From an uncultured Rhodohalobacter sp. (GTDB taxonomy: Bacteria > Bacteroidota > Rhodothermia > Balneolales > Balneolaceae): 62,234 nucleotides of DNA. Position numbers and translations under genes: made by a program. Shown one piece after another: positions 39,451 through 49,986 of this stretch. The stretch covers positions 1-62,234 of the forward strand of contig CAYOLE010000001.1 in the NCBI GenBank assembly GCA_964404705.1. The letters run 5' to 3'. Every line of letters begins with the position of its first letter. The stretch's first letter is position 1. The notes under the pieces are model-generated. The model was not told the origin of the DNA. It worked only from the letters and a program-made list of their open reading frames with translations, and ran no database searches.

Positions 39451-39831
39451 GGATGTTCATATATGCTTTATTCGATAACCTGAGGGAATTTAATGAATAT
39501 TTAATGTTACATAAACATATTTTTTTCGAGTTAGATTTTATGATAAAAAATAATAATGGCTGCGATTAAAGTGATTTTCTGAAAATCTTACATGGGTTCT
39601 CGAATTTTTATAACCATTCGATTACATTAATCATCATTCATATGTATCCCGTTTCAAAAAAGCATAGTAAGTGGCGGTTGTGTGCGAATAACTTATCACT
39701 TTCCAAAATTTCTAACTAAATGGGTTGTGAATCAGACAATATTCTATTTTATTGTTTTGGAGTATTTGGCAAATCAATATTTGAAGTATTGGCAGGATTT
39801 CTACTACCACAAGCATTAAATTTTACGTTCA

Positions 39832-41232
39832 ATGGAAGATAATAACCGACCCGATTTAAGCAGAAAATCTTTTATTAAAAAAATTGGGGCGGCGTCAGCT
39901 GCTTTATCTGGTATTCCGTTGCTGGGAAAATCGGCCTCAAAAAATCACCAGATTCTATCTCCTAAATTATATAGTGAACGAAAAGTAAGCGCTAATGATA
40001 AAATCAATTTTGCAGTAATTGGAGCAGGGGGGATGGGACAGGGAAACGTAAACACAGCCTTGAACCATTCAGGAGTTGAGTTGGTAGCCTCATGCGATTT
40101 GTACGACAGCCGTTTAGAGCGATGCCGTGAGCTTTATGGCAAGCAAATTTTTACCACTACCAATTATAAGGAGATACTCGACCGTCCTGATATAGATGCG
40201 GTTATTATCGCCACACCTGATCATTGGCATATGCAGCAGGCTATAGATGCTCTGGAAGCCGGCAAAGCAGTTTATCTGGAAAAGCCGATGGTGCAGTATG
40301 TGGAACAGGGTAAAGAACTGATCGATGCTGAACACAGAACAGGCCGCCCTCTGCTGGTAGGTAGTCAGCGTACCAGCTCAATTATTTATGAAAAAGCGCG
40401 GGATCTGTTACAGGAAGGCGAAATTGGAAACCTTAATTTTGTTGAGGCGTACTGGGACCGTTTTTCAGCAATTGGTGCGTGGCAATACTCAATTCCCCCA
40501 GGTGCAGGCGAACATAACATAGACTGGGAAGAGTATCGAAGGGGGATGGAACAAATACCATTTAATGCCAAACATTTCTTCCGCTGGAGAAATTATAACG
40601 ATTACGGAACAGGGGTTGCCGGCGATCTGTTTGTACATCTGTTTTCAGGACTTCATTTCATTGCCGGTGCCAGTGGTCCGGATACAATAATGGCTACCGG
40701 TGGTCTCCGCTATTGGCACGATGGCCGCGATGCCGAGGATGTAATGCTCGGACTCCTTAATTATCCTGAAACGGATAATCATCCAAACTTCTCACTTTCC
40801 TTACGTGTCAATTTTGCTGATGGTTCGGGAGGAGGTTCCCGTATCAGACTGGTGGGTGATGAAGGCGAAATGGTTTTGGGCTGGAATCATGTTACACTTC
40901 GTAAATCGAAATTGCCGGAGCGGCCAGGACATACCATCGACGATTTTAGTGAAGATACACGCGAAGAATATCTTGAATATTACGAGGAGAAATATCCTGA
41001 GAGCCGGGCTCAGATAATTGAACCCGATGAGTTTGTTTACAGGACACCAGATGGCTATAATGATCGCTATGATCATTTTGGCTTTTTCTTTGATGCCATC
41101 AGAAATGGAACTGATCTGTTGCAGGATAGCACATTTGGATTGCGTGCAAGTGGCCCGGCACTCCTCGCGAACGTAAGCCATCGTGACCGGAAAATTATTA
41201 ACTGGAACCCCGAAGCAATGGAGATTGTCTGA
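39832..41232 (+). CDS. Gfo/Idh/MocA oxidoreductase with a Tat-like leader
   Basis: SRKSFIK leader, IGAGGMG, IATPDHWH, YLEKP and FFRWR motifs. Confidence 0.92.
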   Translation: MEDNNRPDLSRKSFIKKIGAASAALSGIPLLGKSASKNHQILSPKLYSERKVSANDKINFAVIGAGGMGQGNVNTALNHSGVELVASCDLYDSRLERCRELYGKQIFTTTNYKEILDRPDIDAVIIATPDHWHMQQAIDALEAGKAVYLEKPMVQYVEQGKELIDAEHRTGRPLLVGSQRTSSIIYEKARDLLQEGEIGNLNFVEAYWDRFSAIGAWQYSIPPGAGEHNIDWEEYRRGMEQIPFNAKHFFRWRNYNDYGTGVAGDLFVHLFSGLHFIAGASGPDTIMATGGLRYWHDGRDAEDVMLGLLNYPETDNHPNFSLSLRVNFADGSGGGSRIRLVGDEGEMVLGWNHVTLRKSKLPERPGHTIDDFSEDTREEYLEYYEEKYPESRAQIIEPDEFVYRTPDGYNDRYDHFGFFFDAIRNGTDLLQDSTFGLRASGPALLANVSHRDRKIINWNPEAMEIV

Positions 41233-41342
41233 TTAATCTCACATTAAGATATATAGACTGTACCAAAATAATAGGGCTGGATAAATTATACTTATCGGGA
41301 GCTATAGTAGCCTGATTTTCTTGAACAAATACTGCATTTAAT

Positions 41343-42098
41343 ATGGCTCTAAAACTATTGATAAAGATGTTATGCTTTTTTGCATCTCTTATTATACTTT
41401 CAGGATGTGAAAATGCTCATTCAAACATCGATACAGTTATGACGAACCAACTCACACAAGAGGAAATTGAGGATGGCTGGACTTCATTGTTTGATGGTGA
41501 ATCAACTAAACATTGGCGCGGTTACAATATGGATGATTTTCCTGATAACGCCTGGCACGTGGAAGACGGTTTGCTTGTGTATCGCCCGCCTGAGGGTGAT
41601 GAGAGTACAACCGCTCTGGATATCATAACCCGGGAGGTCTATTCTGATTTTGAATTCAAAATAGACTGGATGATAGAACGCGGCGGCAACAGCGGAATAC
41701 TTTATCACGTTCTGGAACAAGACAGGGCAATTTACTGGTCAGGTCCGGAATTTCAAATACTGGATAACGAAAATCATCCCGATGCAGATCAGGGCATTGA
41801 AGGCAATCGAAAAGCGGGATCACTGTATGATTTGATACCCGCTGATCCTCAGAATACCAATCAATTTAATGAATGGAATTCGGTTAAAATCATTTCCAAT
41901 GGACCGGTGATTGAGCATTGGCAGAATGGTGAAAAAGTTGTTGAGTTTGAACGCTGGACTGTCGAATGGTTTGATATGCTGCACGAAAGTAAGTTTAATT
42001 GCTATCCTGAATTTGGTGCCCTGCGAGGAGGCCACATCGGCTTGCAGGATCATGGTGATGTTGTGAAATTCAGAAATATCAAAATACGTGAACTATAA
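41343..42098 (+). CDS. DUF1080 (3-keto-disaccharide hydrolase family) lipoprotein
   Basis: Lipobox LSGC, GWTSLFDG, GNSGI, EFQILD, AGSLYDL and GHIGLQDHG..V.FRNIKIREL. Confidence 0.93.
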   Translation: MALKLLIKMLCFFASLIILSGCENAHSNIDTVMTNQLTQEEIEDGWTSLFDGESTKHWRGYNMDDFPDNAWHVEDGLLVYRPPEGDESTTALDIITREVYSDFEFKIDWMIERGGNSGILYHVLEQDRAIYWSGPEFQILDNENHPDADQGIEGNRKAGSLYDLIPADPQNTNQFNEWNSVKIISNGPVIEHWQNGEKVVEFERWTVEWFDMLHESKFNCYPEFGALRGGHIGLQDHGDVVKFRNIKIREL

Positions 42099-42174
42099 CT
42101 GTTTATATTTTAACCGATTGTATAACAATAAATTAATTAACAAGTTCAGATCAATATTATAAATCGAAGGACGT

Positions 42175-43872
42175 ATGAATCTAAATATAAAAGCCCGTCA
42201 AGAAAACACATACGATGCAATAGTTGTAGGAACGGGGATTAGCGGGGGTTGGTCAGCAAAAGAACTTACTGAAAATGGTTTAAATACATTGGTACTGGAA
42301 CGCGGTAGAGATGTGAAGCATGTTGAAGATTATCCAACAGCAACAAAAGATCCATGGGAGCTGCCGCGAGCCGACCAAATTCCATTTGAAGAAAGAGAAC
42401 ACTATGAAAAACAGTTGCGAACCGGATATACCATACGTGAATCTACAAAACACTGGTGGGTACGAGATACGGATCAGCCATACGAAGAGCGGAAGCGCTT
42501 CGACTGGATCCGTGGTTATCACGTAGGCGGACGTTCAATTATGTGGGGACGGCATAGCTACCGACTATCACCCATGGATTTTGAGGCCAACGAAAAAGAT
42601 GGAATTGCCGTAGACTGGCCGGTTCGATACGATGATTTAGCACCGTGGTACTCGCATGTTGAAAGGTTTGCTGGAATAAGTGGTGAGGCGCTCGGCCTGC
42701 CACAACTGCCCGACAGTGAATTCCTTCCTCCAATGGAATTGAACTGTGTTGAAAAAGTCCTGCAGGAATCAATGGCTGATACTTTTGACCGGGTTCTTAC
42801 GATTGGCCGGGTTGCAAACCTCACTCAGTCACATAATGGGCGCGGAGGCTGTGTGTATCGAAATCTTTGCAGCCGTGGGTGTCCATATGGTGCATATTTC
42901 AGCAGTAATGCCGCAACTCTTCCGGCTGCTGAGCGAACGGGAAATATGACTCTCAGACCGCACTCCATCGTCAATTCTGTTATCTATGATGAAGAATCAG
43001 GCAAAGCAACAGGAGTACGGGTAGTGGATGCAGAATCCGGAGAAATGTATGAATATTACGCACGAATCATTTTTCTGAATGCGTCAACAGTCGGTTCCAC
43101 TTCAATATTGTTAAACTCTACCTCTGATCGATTTCCAGACGGGATGGGCAACGACTCCGGCGAACTGGGGCATAACATGATGGATCATCATTTCAGAGTG
43201 GGTGCAAATGGTGAATTTGATGGACATGAAAATGACTATTATTATGGCAGACGACCAACCGGTTTCTACATTCCTCGTTATCGCAATTTGAATGGCAATG
43301 AGCGGGATTATATACGCGGATTTGGATATCAGGGAAGCGCCAGCCGCGAGGGATGGCACAGCGGTATTCGGGAACTTGCAATCGGATCAGAATTGAAAAA
43401 CCTTGTTACTACTCCTGGTAAATGGACAATGGGTATGACCGCTTTTGGCGAGATGTTGCCGGATCACAACAACCGCATGTGGCTGAACCACGATAAAACC
43501 GACAAATGGGGACAACCCACTGTTGTGTTTGATGTGGAGTTCAAGGAGAATGAATATAAAATGAGGGAAGATATGAAAAACGATGCGGCCGAAATGCTTG
43601 AAGCTGCCGGAATGAAAAATGTATCCACGTATGATGATCCCGGCGGACCGGGACTTGGTATCCACGAAATGGGAACCGCCCGAATGGGCCGTGATCCCGA
43701 TACGTCAGTTCTTGGAGAATGGAACCAGATCCACGCCGTACCCAACGTTTTTGTAACAGATGGATCGTTCATGGCATCAGCCGCATGCCAAAATCCATCT
43801 CTTACCTATATGGCATTTTCTGCCAGGGCAGCCAATCATGCCGCTGAACAACTTAAAAAAGGTGATCTGTAA
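42175..43872 (+). CDS. GMC family FAD oxidoreductase (glycoside 3-dehydrogenase-like large subunit)
   Basis: GTGISGGW FAD motif, Cys cluster CVYRNLCSRGCPY, HEMGTARMG and QNPSLT. Confidence 0.93.
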   Translation: MNLNIKARQENTYDAIVVGTGISGGWSAKELTENGLNTLVLERGRDVKHVEDYPTATKDPWELPRADQIPFEEREHYEKQLRTGYTIRESTKHWWVRDTDQPYEERKRFDWIRGYHVGGRSIMWGRHSYRLSPMDFEANEKDGIAVDWPVRYDDLAPWYSHVERFAGISGEALGLPQLPDSEFLPPMELNCVEKVLQESMADTFDRVLTIGRVANLTQSHNGRGGCVYRNLCSRGCPYGAYFSSNAATLPAAERTGNMTLRPHSIVNSVIYDEESGKATGVRVVDAESGEMYEYYARIIFLNASTVGSTSILLNSTSDRFPDGMGNDSGELGHNMMDHHFRVGANGEFDGHENDYYYGRRPTGFYIPRYRNLNGNERDYIRGFGYQGSASREGWHSGIRELAIGSELKNLVTTPGKWTMGMTAFGEMLPDHNNRMWLNHDKTDKWGQPTVVFDVEFKENEYKMREDMKNDAAEMLEAAGMKNVSTYDDPGGPGLGIHEMGTARMGRDPDTSVLGEWNQIHAVPNVFVTDGSFMASAACQNPSLTYMAFSARAANHAAEQLKKGDL

Positions 43873-44453
43873 TGAATACTGATGATAAAAAAATAGACAG
43901 AAAAGAAGCGATTAAACGAACCGGATTACTGTTGGGCGGTGTGATATTTGCACCAAATATTCTGGGTGTTTTAAATGGCTGCACCGCGACGCCAGGCGAT
44001 TGGGACCCTGTGCTTTTTTCAGCAGGTCAGGCCAGAGTAGTAACATCATTTACCGATGTGCTATTGCCGGCAGACGAAACGCCGGCAGCAAGTGAAGTTG
44101 GAGTTCCTGAATTTATTGAAACAATGGTAAACGAGGTGTACAGCGAAGAGCAGCGGCAGCTGTTTCTGGATGGCCTGGATTCATTTGCAGCAGACTACGA
44201 ATCAGAGCATGACGAGGAGTTTTATGATGGAAGTGAAGAAGATAAATACGAATTTACCTATCAAAAGAATCGGAACGCAATTGAAGAAAATTCCGACAAC
44301 GATCCATTCTTCTTGCAATTTAAGGAACTAACTATGCTCGGTTATTTTACCTCGGAAGTGGGAGCTACGCAGGTTCTTCGCTACGAAGCGGTGCCGGGTA
44401 TGTACGATGGTTGTATGCCGCTTGATGAGGTTGGGCGCACCTGGGCAACGTAG
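43872..44453 (+). CDS. Gluconate 2-dehydrogenase subunit 3 family (small partner subunit)
   Basis: DRKEAIK Tat-like leader, TPAASEVGVPEFI and GYFTSEVG; 1-bp overlap with the GMC gene. Confidence 0.9.
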   Translation: MNTDDKKIDRKEAIKRTGLLLGGVIFAPNILGVLNGCTATPGDWDPVLFSAGQARVVTSFTDVLLPADETPAASEVGVPEFIETMVNEVYSEEQRQLFLDGLDSFAADYESEHDEEFYDGSEEDKYEFTYQKNRNAIEENSDNDPFFLQFKELTMLGYFTSEVGATQVLRYEAVPGMYDGCMPLDEVGRTWAT

Positions 44454-44491
44454 GCAGTTCCGTCCTGAGAAGATGTAAACAATAATGTTAG

Positions 44492-44526
44492 AAGCACTCC
44501 GGATAAACAGAGTGCTTTTATTTTAT
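44492..44526 (+). terminator. Probable intrinsic terminator
   Basis: AAGCACTC-N10-GAGTGCTT followed by a T-rich tail. Confidence 0.65.
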
Positions 44527-44713
44527 AGGCTCACAGGAAAAAAATCCTTTTGCACGGTTTACAGCGGGCAGGTAAACTGAATAAAAAATCAAAACTCTGT
44601 ATCTTCATTCTCAATTCTACCTAATATTATTTGTCCTTGATCGGACGTAATAGAAATAATGAATCACTAAAACTGTTAAATTATAAGAAAGCCATTAATA
44701 AAATAGCGTGTGC

Positions 44714-47700
44714 ATGAAAGCAAACATGATTTTAGCAGTTCTGTTTTTATTTTTGCTGGCAGGTTGTGGCACTGATGAATCTGCAGAATCCGATGAACAG
44801 GCATACGAACAGGCAGTATCAGATTTTTATGTAAGTCTGGCGGCAAGTCAAACAGAGGAAGCGCGTTTTGCCTTTAATAAGATGAATGAGGTGGCTGCTG
44901 CTTTTCCAGATGAACCTGCTGCCTGGGCCAATTTAGGTGTGCTTGCTATGAGGCAGGGAAATTTTGAGCTTGCCGAAGACCGTTTTGATCGCGCACGTAA
45001 TCTCGCCCCAGACCATTCACTTATTCTCTATCTATCCGGGCTTTTTGAAAGCAGACGTGGTGCAACCGATACGGCAATCGGGTATTTCGAGCAAGCACTT
45101 GAATCGGATCCTGACAATCCGCAAATCCGGTTCTCAATGCTTCAGGAACTGGAGAGGCAAGATGAGCGTGCCAATGTTGATACCATCTTGAACCATCTTG
45201 AACACCTTCAGGAACAACTTCCCAACAATAAAGTGCTGATGTTTGAACAGGGCCGAATAGCGACCCGTGAGCAGAATTCGGAACTGCTTAACGACGCTCT
45301 GCAGAAACTTGAACCCACGATTGCTCGCGAGGATGCAGAATTTGTGGAACAATTTGAAGTTGTAAAGGATCTTGCCGAAGAAAATAATTTTTCTGAGCTC
45401 AATCTTGAGCTTACATTTTTGCGCAATATGGCAGAATCCAACCCGGCTTTTCAGGATGATTTACGTCAGCTCCAATCAGATCCCAATGAGGTTGGTTTCC
45501 TGATTACAGAATTCATTCATCTGCCGGTACCCCGCTTTCTGGCGGCAGATGCTGATGTTGACATGACATTTGAACGCACACGTCCTGAAGATCAGCCGGA
45601 ACACGCAGATTTTGTAACGTCGGCAACTCTTCTGGAAGATATGCCACCCATTCCGGTATCTGTAGTGGATGGATACCTGCAGATTGATGCAGATACGCGG
45701 CTCGAATTACCGGCCGGGACAAATCAGCGTCTAAACAAAAATACAGCGGCATTTATCGACTACAACTATAATTTCCGGACAGATGTTGCACTCGCCGCAA
45801 ACGATGGATTCCGTCTCTATCGCCAGGATGATAATCAGTCGTTTGAGGACATTACGGGTTCACTTGGTTTGAATTCTGCTACCCTAAACACTGCTTACAA
45901 AGGTGTATGGCCTGCCGATGTGGATCTGGACGGAGATCTTGATTTAGTTGTGGCACCAGCCGAAGGCGAAGCATTTGCGCTGAGAAATAATACGGATGGT
46001 ACATTTGATGTACTTAATCTATTTGAAGGCGCTGCTGAAATTATCGATTTTTTATGGGCCGATCTGGATGCTGATGGCGCGGCTGATGCCCTTTTTCTAA
46101 ATTCAGAAGGGGAGTTACAATTGTTCAGAAATCTCAGATCAAACAACTTTACAGCTGTTGATGATCTCCCGGTTAATGACCGGGTCGAAGCAGTGAGCGT
46201 GGCGGATCTTAACGCCAATGGATTGTTTGATATTTTGACGGTAACTCAATCCTCCGGTCTGCAAATGCTCACATACAATCAAAGATCTGATAACTGGGAA
46301 TCTTCAACTCTGTTGGAGGCCGCAAATATATCGGTATCACCCGACGAACAACACATGGAGCTTTTTGTTGCTGATATGGATAACAACGGCAGTTTTGATA
46401 TTATTTACAGCACTTCAGAATCAACAAGTATCTGGCTGACCGACAGCGATCTGAACATCACGTTGTTGGATGAAAGTCTGCCGGGCGGCGTATATTCAAT
46501 TTTTGACATTGATGGCAACGACAGGCTCGACCTGCTTGGTATTGACCATGAGGGAATTGTCTATAGCATGATGAACAGCGGCACCAGGGATTATCATGCC
46601 CGATCGATCAGGGCACGTGCTTCAGGTCTGGAAGGAGACCAGAGAATCAATTCCTTCGGCATCGGGGGCGAGATGGAGGTGCGTTCGGGTCAGCTTTATC
46701 AGAAACAGCTGATCTCCTCACCCATTGTTCATTTTGGCCTTGGCAGCTATGAAGAAGCTGAGATGCTGCGGATTATCTGGCCTAATGGATCTGTTCAGGC
46801 AGAGTTTGCCGAACTCGGTATGGGCTCAACTATTTTTAATGAGCAGGTACTGAAAGGTTCCTGCCCCTGGCTGTTTACAAATGATGGTGAAGAAATTCAT
46901 TTTATCACAGATATATTGTGGCGTTCACCGCTTGGACTGCGAATTAACGCACAAGAAACAGCTGGAATTATCCAGACGCTGGACAGGGTGAAAATACCGG
47001 GCGAATATCTCAGCCCCGTAAATGGGTTGTATGATTTGAGAATTACAGCCGAATTGTGGGAAACACATTTTTTTGATTACGTTGATCTGATCGCGGTGGA
47101 TCATCCCGAAGACACTGAAATATTTGTGGATGAACGATTTGTATTTCCTGCACCCGATTTGGCGACACGTGTTATGGATAAACCAAAACCGATTATCTCG
47201 GTAACCGATCAAACCGGAACTGACTGGACCGAAACTGTTTCAGCCGTGGATGGCAATTACATGAAACCGTTTCAGAGAACCAGCTACCAGGGTCTGGTGG
47301 AGAATCATTACATTGAAATTGAAATTGGAGAATCAACAGATTCAGACGAACCGATTTGGCTGATCGCCTCAGGTTGGCTGCGGCCTACAGACAGTTCCAT
47401 CAATCTTGCTCTTAGCCAGGGTAATCATCAGCCGCCACAGGGACTTCATGTAGAAATACCCGACGGAGATGGCGGATGGAAAACCCTTCATGAAAATTTT
47501 GGTGTACCGGCTGGTAAATCAAAAACGATTTTGATTGATATAGATCCCTCCGAATTTAATGATTCATCTGATTTGAAGGTCAGACTCAGCACTACATCAG
47601 AAATATACTGGGATTCATTTCAGTGGAGTACAGCCAGAAACATAGATGAAATTACAGAACAGTCGTTGAATCCTGTAAAACAGGAACTTCGTTATCGTGG

Positions 47701-48178
47701 TTACTCAGAATGGAACAGAGCCAATGAGATTTCTCCAGAACTACCCGAATATTCCTTAATTTCAGGTACTGTTCCACGGTGGCGGGATTTGATTGGCTAC
47801 CATACACGTTTTGGAGATGTTAGTGAACTCATGCGGGATATTGATGATCGATATGTTATTATGAATGCCGGAGATGAGATGGTTCTTGAATTTGAATCTC
47901 CCGGTGAGCCTGAGCCTGGATATACACGCAGCTATGTATTTGTATCAGACGGGTGGGTAAAAGACGGAGATTATAACACAGAAGCATCAAAAACCGTTAC
48001 ACCTTTACCACATCACGGGCAGGCAGATTATGAATATGGGGTTGACAGCGAGTTGGTAAATGATCCGGTGTATCAGCGCCATCGTGAAGACTGGATGCGC
48101 TATCACACACGTTATGTAACTCCGGAACCCTTCCGTTCCGCCTTGTTTTTTGGTAATGATCGAAGTAACAGACCATAA
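44714..48178 (+). CDS. Large lipoprotein with TPR repeats, FG-GAP/VCBS repeats, an ASPIC/UnbV-like domain and a conserved-looking C-terminal domain
   Basis: Lipobox LAGC, TPR (AAWANLG...), repeated DxDxDGxxD loops, VHFGLG...IIWPNG, GSCP and DGWVKDGD motifs. Confidence 0.85.
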   Translation: MKANMILAVLFLFLLAGCGTDESAESDEQAYEQAVSDFYVSLAASQTEEARFAFNKMNEVAAAFPDEPAAWANLGVLAMRQGNFELAEDRFDRARNLAPDHSLILYLSGLFESRRGATDTAIGYFEQALESDPDNPQIRFSMLQELERQDERANVDTILNHLEHLQEQLPNNKVLMFEQGRIATREQNSELLNDALQKLEPTIAREDAEFVEQFEVVKDLAEENNFSELNLELTFLRNMAESNPAFQDDLRQLQSDPNEVGFLITEFIHLPVPRFLAADADVDMTFERTRPEDQPEHADFVTSATLLEDMPPIPVSVVDGYLQIDADTRLELPAGTNQRLNKNTAAFIDYNYNFRTDVALAANDGFRLYRQDDNQSFEDITGSLGLNSATLNTAYKGVWPADVDLDGDLDLVVAPAEGEAFALRNNTDGTFDVLNLFEGAAEIIDFLWADLDADGAADALFLNSEGELQLFRNLRSNNFTAVDDLPVNDRVEAVSVADLNANGLFDILTVTQSSGLQMLTYNQRSDNWESSTLLEAANISVSPDEQHMELFVADMDNNGSFDIIYSTSESTSIWLTDSDLNITLLDESLPGGVYSIFDIDGNDRLDLLGIDHEGIVYSMMNSGTRDYHARSIRARASGLEGDQRINSFGIGGEMEVRSGQLYQKQLISSPIVHFGLGSYEEAEMLRIIWPNGSVQAEFAELGMGSTIFNEQVLKGSCPWLFTNDGEEIHFITDILWRSPLGLRINAQETAGIIQTLDRVKIPGEYLSPVNGLYDLRITAELWETHFFDYVDLIAVDHPEDTEIFVDERFVFPAPDLATRVMDKPKPIISVTDQTGTDWTETVSAVDGNYMKPFQRTSYQGLVENHYIEIEIGESTDSDEPIWLIASGWLRPTDSSINLALSQGNHQPPQGLHVEIPDGDGGWKTLHENFGVPAGKSKTILIDIDPSEFNDSSDLKVRLSTTSEIYWDSFQWSTARNIDEITEQSLNPVKQELRYRGYSEWNRANEISPELPEYSLISGTVPRWRDLIGYHTRFGDVSELMRDIDDRYVIMNAGDEMVLEFESPGEPEPGYTRSYVFVSDGWVKDGDYNTEASKTVTPLPHHGQADYEYGVDSELVNDPVYQRHREDWMRYHTRYVTPEPFRSALFFGNDRSNRP

Positions 48179-48183
48179 CCGTT

Positions 48184-49986
48184 ATGGAAAGACTAAAAAT
48201 TGTTCAGGTATTAGTTGTGATCTTTTTTATCTCGCTGTTGCTGGCACCGGCGGCTATAAAGCAGATTGAAAAATTCCAGGCTGAAGATCATCTTGAATTT
48301 CGTGAGGATATCGTTGATCGATACGGATTTTACCTGGAAGAAATTTCCGGGAATATCGGCATTGATTTTCAACATGTTAGACCAACTTTGGATCCGAAAT
48401 TAGAACATATCAGTCCTCAGATAGCTTCTGTTGGAGCTTCGGTCTCGGTAGTGGATGTGAACAATGATGGCTTTCAGGATCTGTATTTCACCAACAGCGA
48501 ATATGGAACTCAAAACGCACTTTATGTGAATCAGGGTGATGGTACTTTCATCGATATGGCCTCCGAAATGGGGATTGCAGATCTTAATATTGAAGGAACC
48601 GGGGTTTCGATGGGCGCTGTCTGGGGAGACATCAACAACAGTGGGTATGAAGATCTGTTCGTTTATAAATGGGGCAGACCCGAACTTTATATTAATAATG
48701 AGGGACAGGGATTTACAAGAGTAACCGACTCGGCAGGCCTTCCGGCGTGGATGAATGCAAATACAGCTGTATGGCTGGATTATAACAACAACGGCTATCT
48801 GGATCTGTTTATCGGCGGATATTATCATGAAGAAGTGGATTTCTGGAATCTTACTACGACCCGCATCATGCCCGACAGCTACGAATATGCCACCAATGGC
48901 GGGCGAAATTATCTCTTCGAAAATCAGGGAGATGGTACGTTCGTGGATGTTACTGAAAAAACCGGTCTTGATACCCGGCGCTGGACACTTGCCGCCGCAG
49001 CCGCTGACCTGAATGATTCGGGTTACCTGGATATTGTGTTGGCCAATGACTATGGAGTGGATGAGCTGTTTATCAATCAAAATGGAGAACGGTTTGTGAA
49101 CACGGGCGAGAGTGCCGGTATGGGCTTCATTCCCAAAAGTGGCATGAGCGTAGCATTTGGTGATATTTTGAACCAGGGAAATCTCAGTATTTACATTACA
49201 AATATCTCAGAAGCCGGGGTGCTGATGCAGGGGAATAATCTCTGGGTGCCAACGCGCCGTTCCACACCGGAACAGCTGCAGTTCAGAAACCTCGCCGGTA
49301 ATATGGGAGTCGATATTGGACAGTGGGGTTACGGTGGTCAGTTTGTTGATCTGAACAACAACGGCAATCTGGATCTTTATGTGGCGAACGGTTTTGTATC
49401 TGATCAGCCGGATACTGATTACTGGTATGACTACACAAAAGTGGTTGGCGGTAACCGTAACGTAATTATTGATGCAAACAACTGGCCGGCGATGAATGGT
49501 CGTACTTTTTCGGGATATCAAACCAACAAAATCTGGATGAACGATGGAGCCGGGCGTTTCAGGGAAGTTTCTGCTGCAGTGGGCGGGGCACTTGATCTCG
49601 ACAGCCGGTCAATCGCTTACGCAGATCTGAACAACGATGGTTCCCTCGATCTGATAATTGCCAATCAAAATGGTCCCGCCAAAGTGTACAGAAACCGGGT
49701 GGATGAATCACATAATTGGGTTCGGTTTAGCCTTGAAGGAACCCGAAGTAACAAAAGCGCAATTGGGGCAATTGTGGTACTTCACTGGGATGATAAGCAA
49801 AAAAAACAGTTTGTAAGTGGTGGCGATTCATTCAGCAGTCAAAGCCAGCGTCCGCTCCATTTTGGTTTAGGCAAGAGTGAACGGATTGAAAAAGTTGAAA
49901 TACGCTGGCCTTCCGGTACAACTCAGACTATTGACCGGCCGGAAATCAATAAGCTTCATATGATCACAGAACCCCTTGATATATGA
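48184..49986 (+). CDS. CRTAC1-family (FG-GAP plus ASPIC/UnbV) protein
   Basis: N-terminal anchor, about 7 DxNNxGxxD calcium loops, C-terminal SNKSAIGA...LHFGLG...IRWPSG. Confidence 0.92.
   Translation: MERLKIVQVLVVIFFISLLLAPAAIKQIEKFQAEDHLEFREDIVDRYGFYLEEISGNIGIDFQHVRPTLDPKLEHISPQIASVGASVSVVDVNNDGFQDLYFTNSEYGTQNALYVNQGDGTFIDMASEMGIADLNIEGTGVSMGAVWGDINNSGYEDLFVYKWGRPELYINNEGQGFTRVTDSAGLPAWMNANTAVWLDYNNNGYLDLFIGGYYHEEVDFWNLTTTRIMPDSYEYATNGGRNYLFENQGDGTFVDVTEKTGLDTRRWTLAAAAADLNDSGYLDIVLANDYGVDELFINQNGERFVNTGESAGMGFIPKSGMSVAFGDILNQGNLSIYITNISEAGVLMQGNNLWVPTRRSTPEQLQFRNLAGNMGVDIGQWGYGGQFVDLNNNGNLDLYVANGFVSDQPDTDYWYDYTKVVGGNRNVIIDANNWPAMNGRTFSGYQTNKIWMNDGAGRFREVSAAVGGALDLDSRSIAYADLNNDGSLDLIIANQNGPAKVYRNRVDESHNWVRFSLEGTRSNKSAIGAIVVLHWDDKQKKQFVSGGDSFSSQSQRPLHFGLGKSERIEKVEIRWPSGTTQTIDRPEINKLHMITEPLDI

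Noticed and set aside
48400-49080. 226-aa minus-strand ORF and the many other short overlapping ORFs in the track
   Set aside because: They lie antisense or out of frame within well-supported genes and lack motifs.
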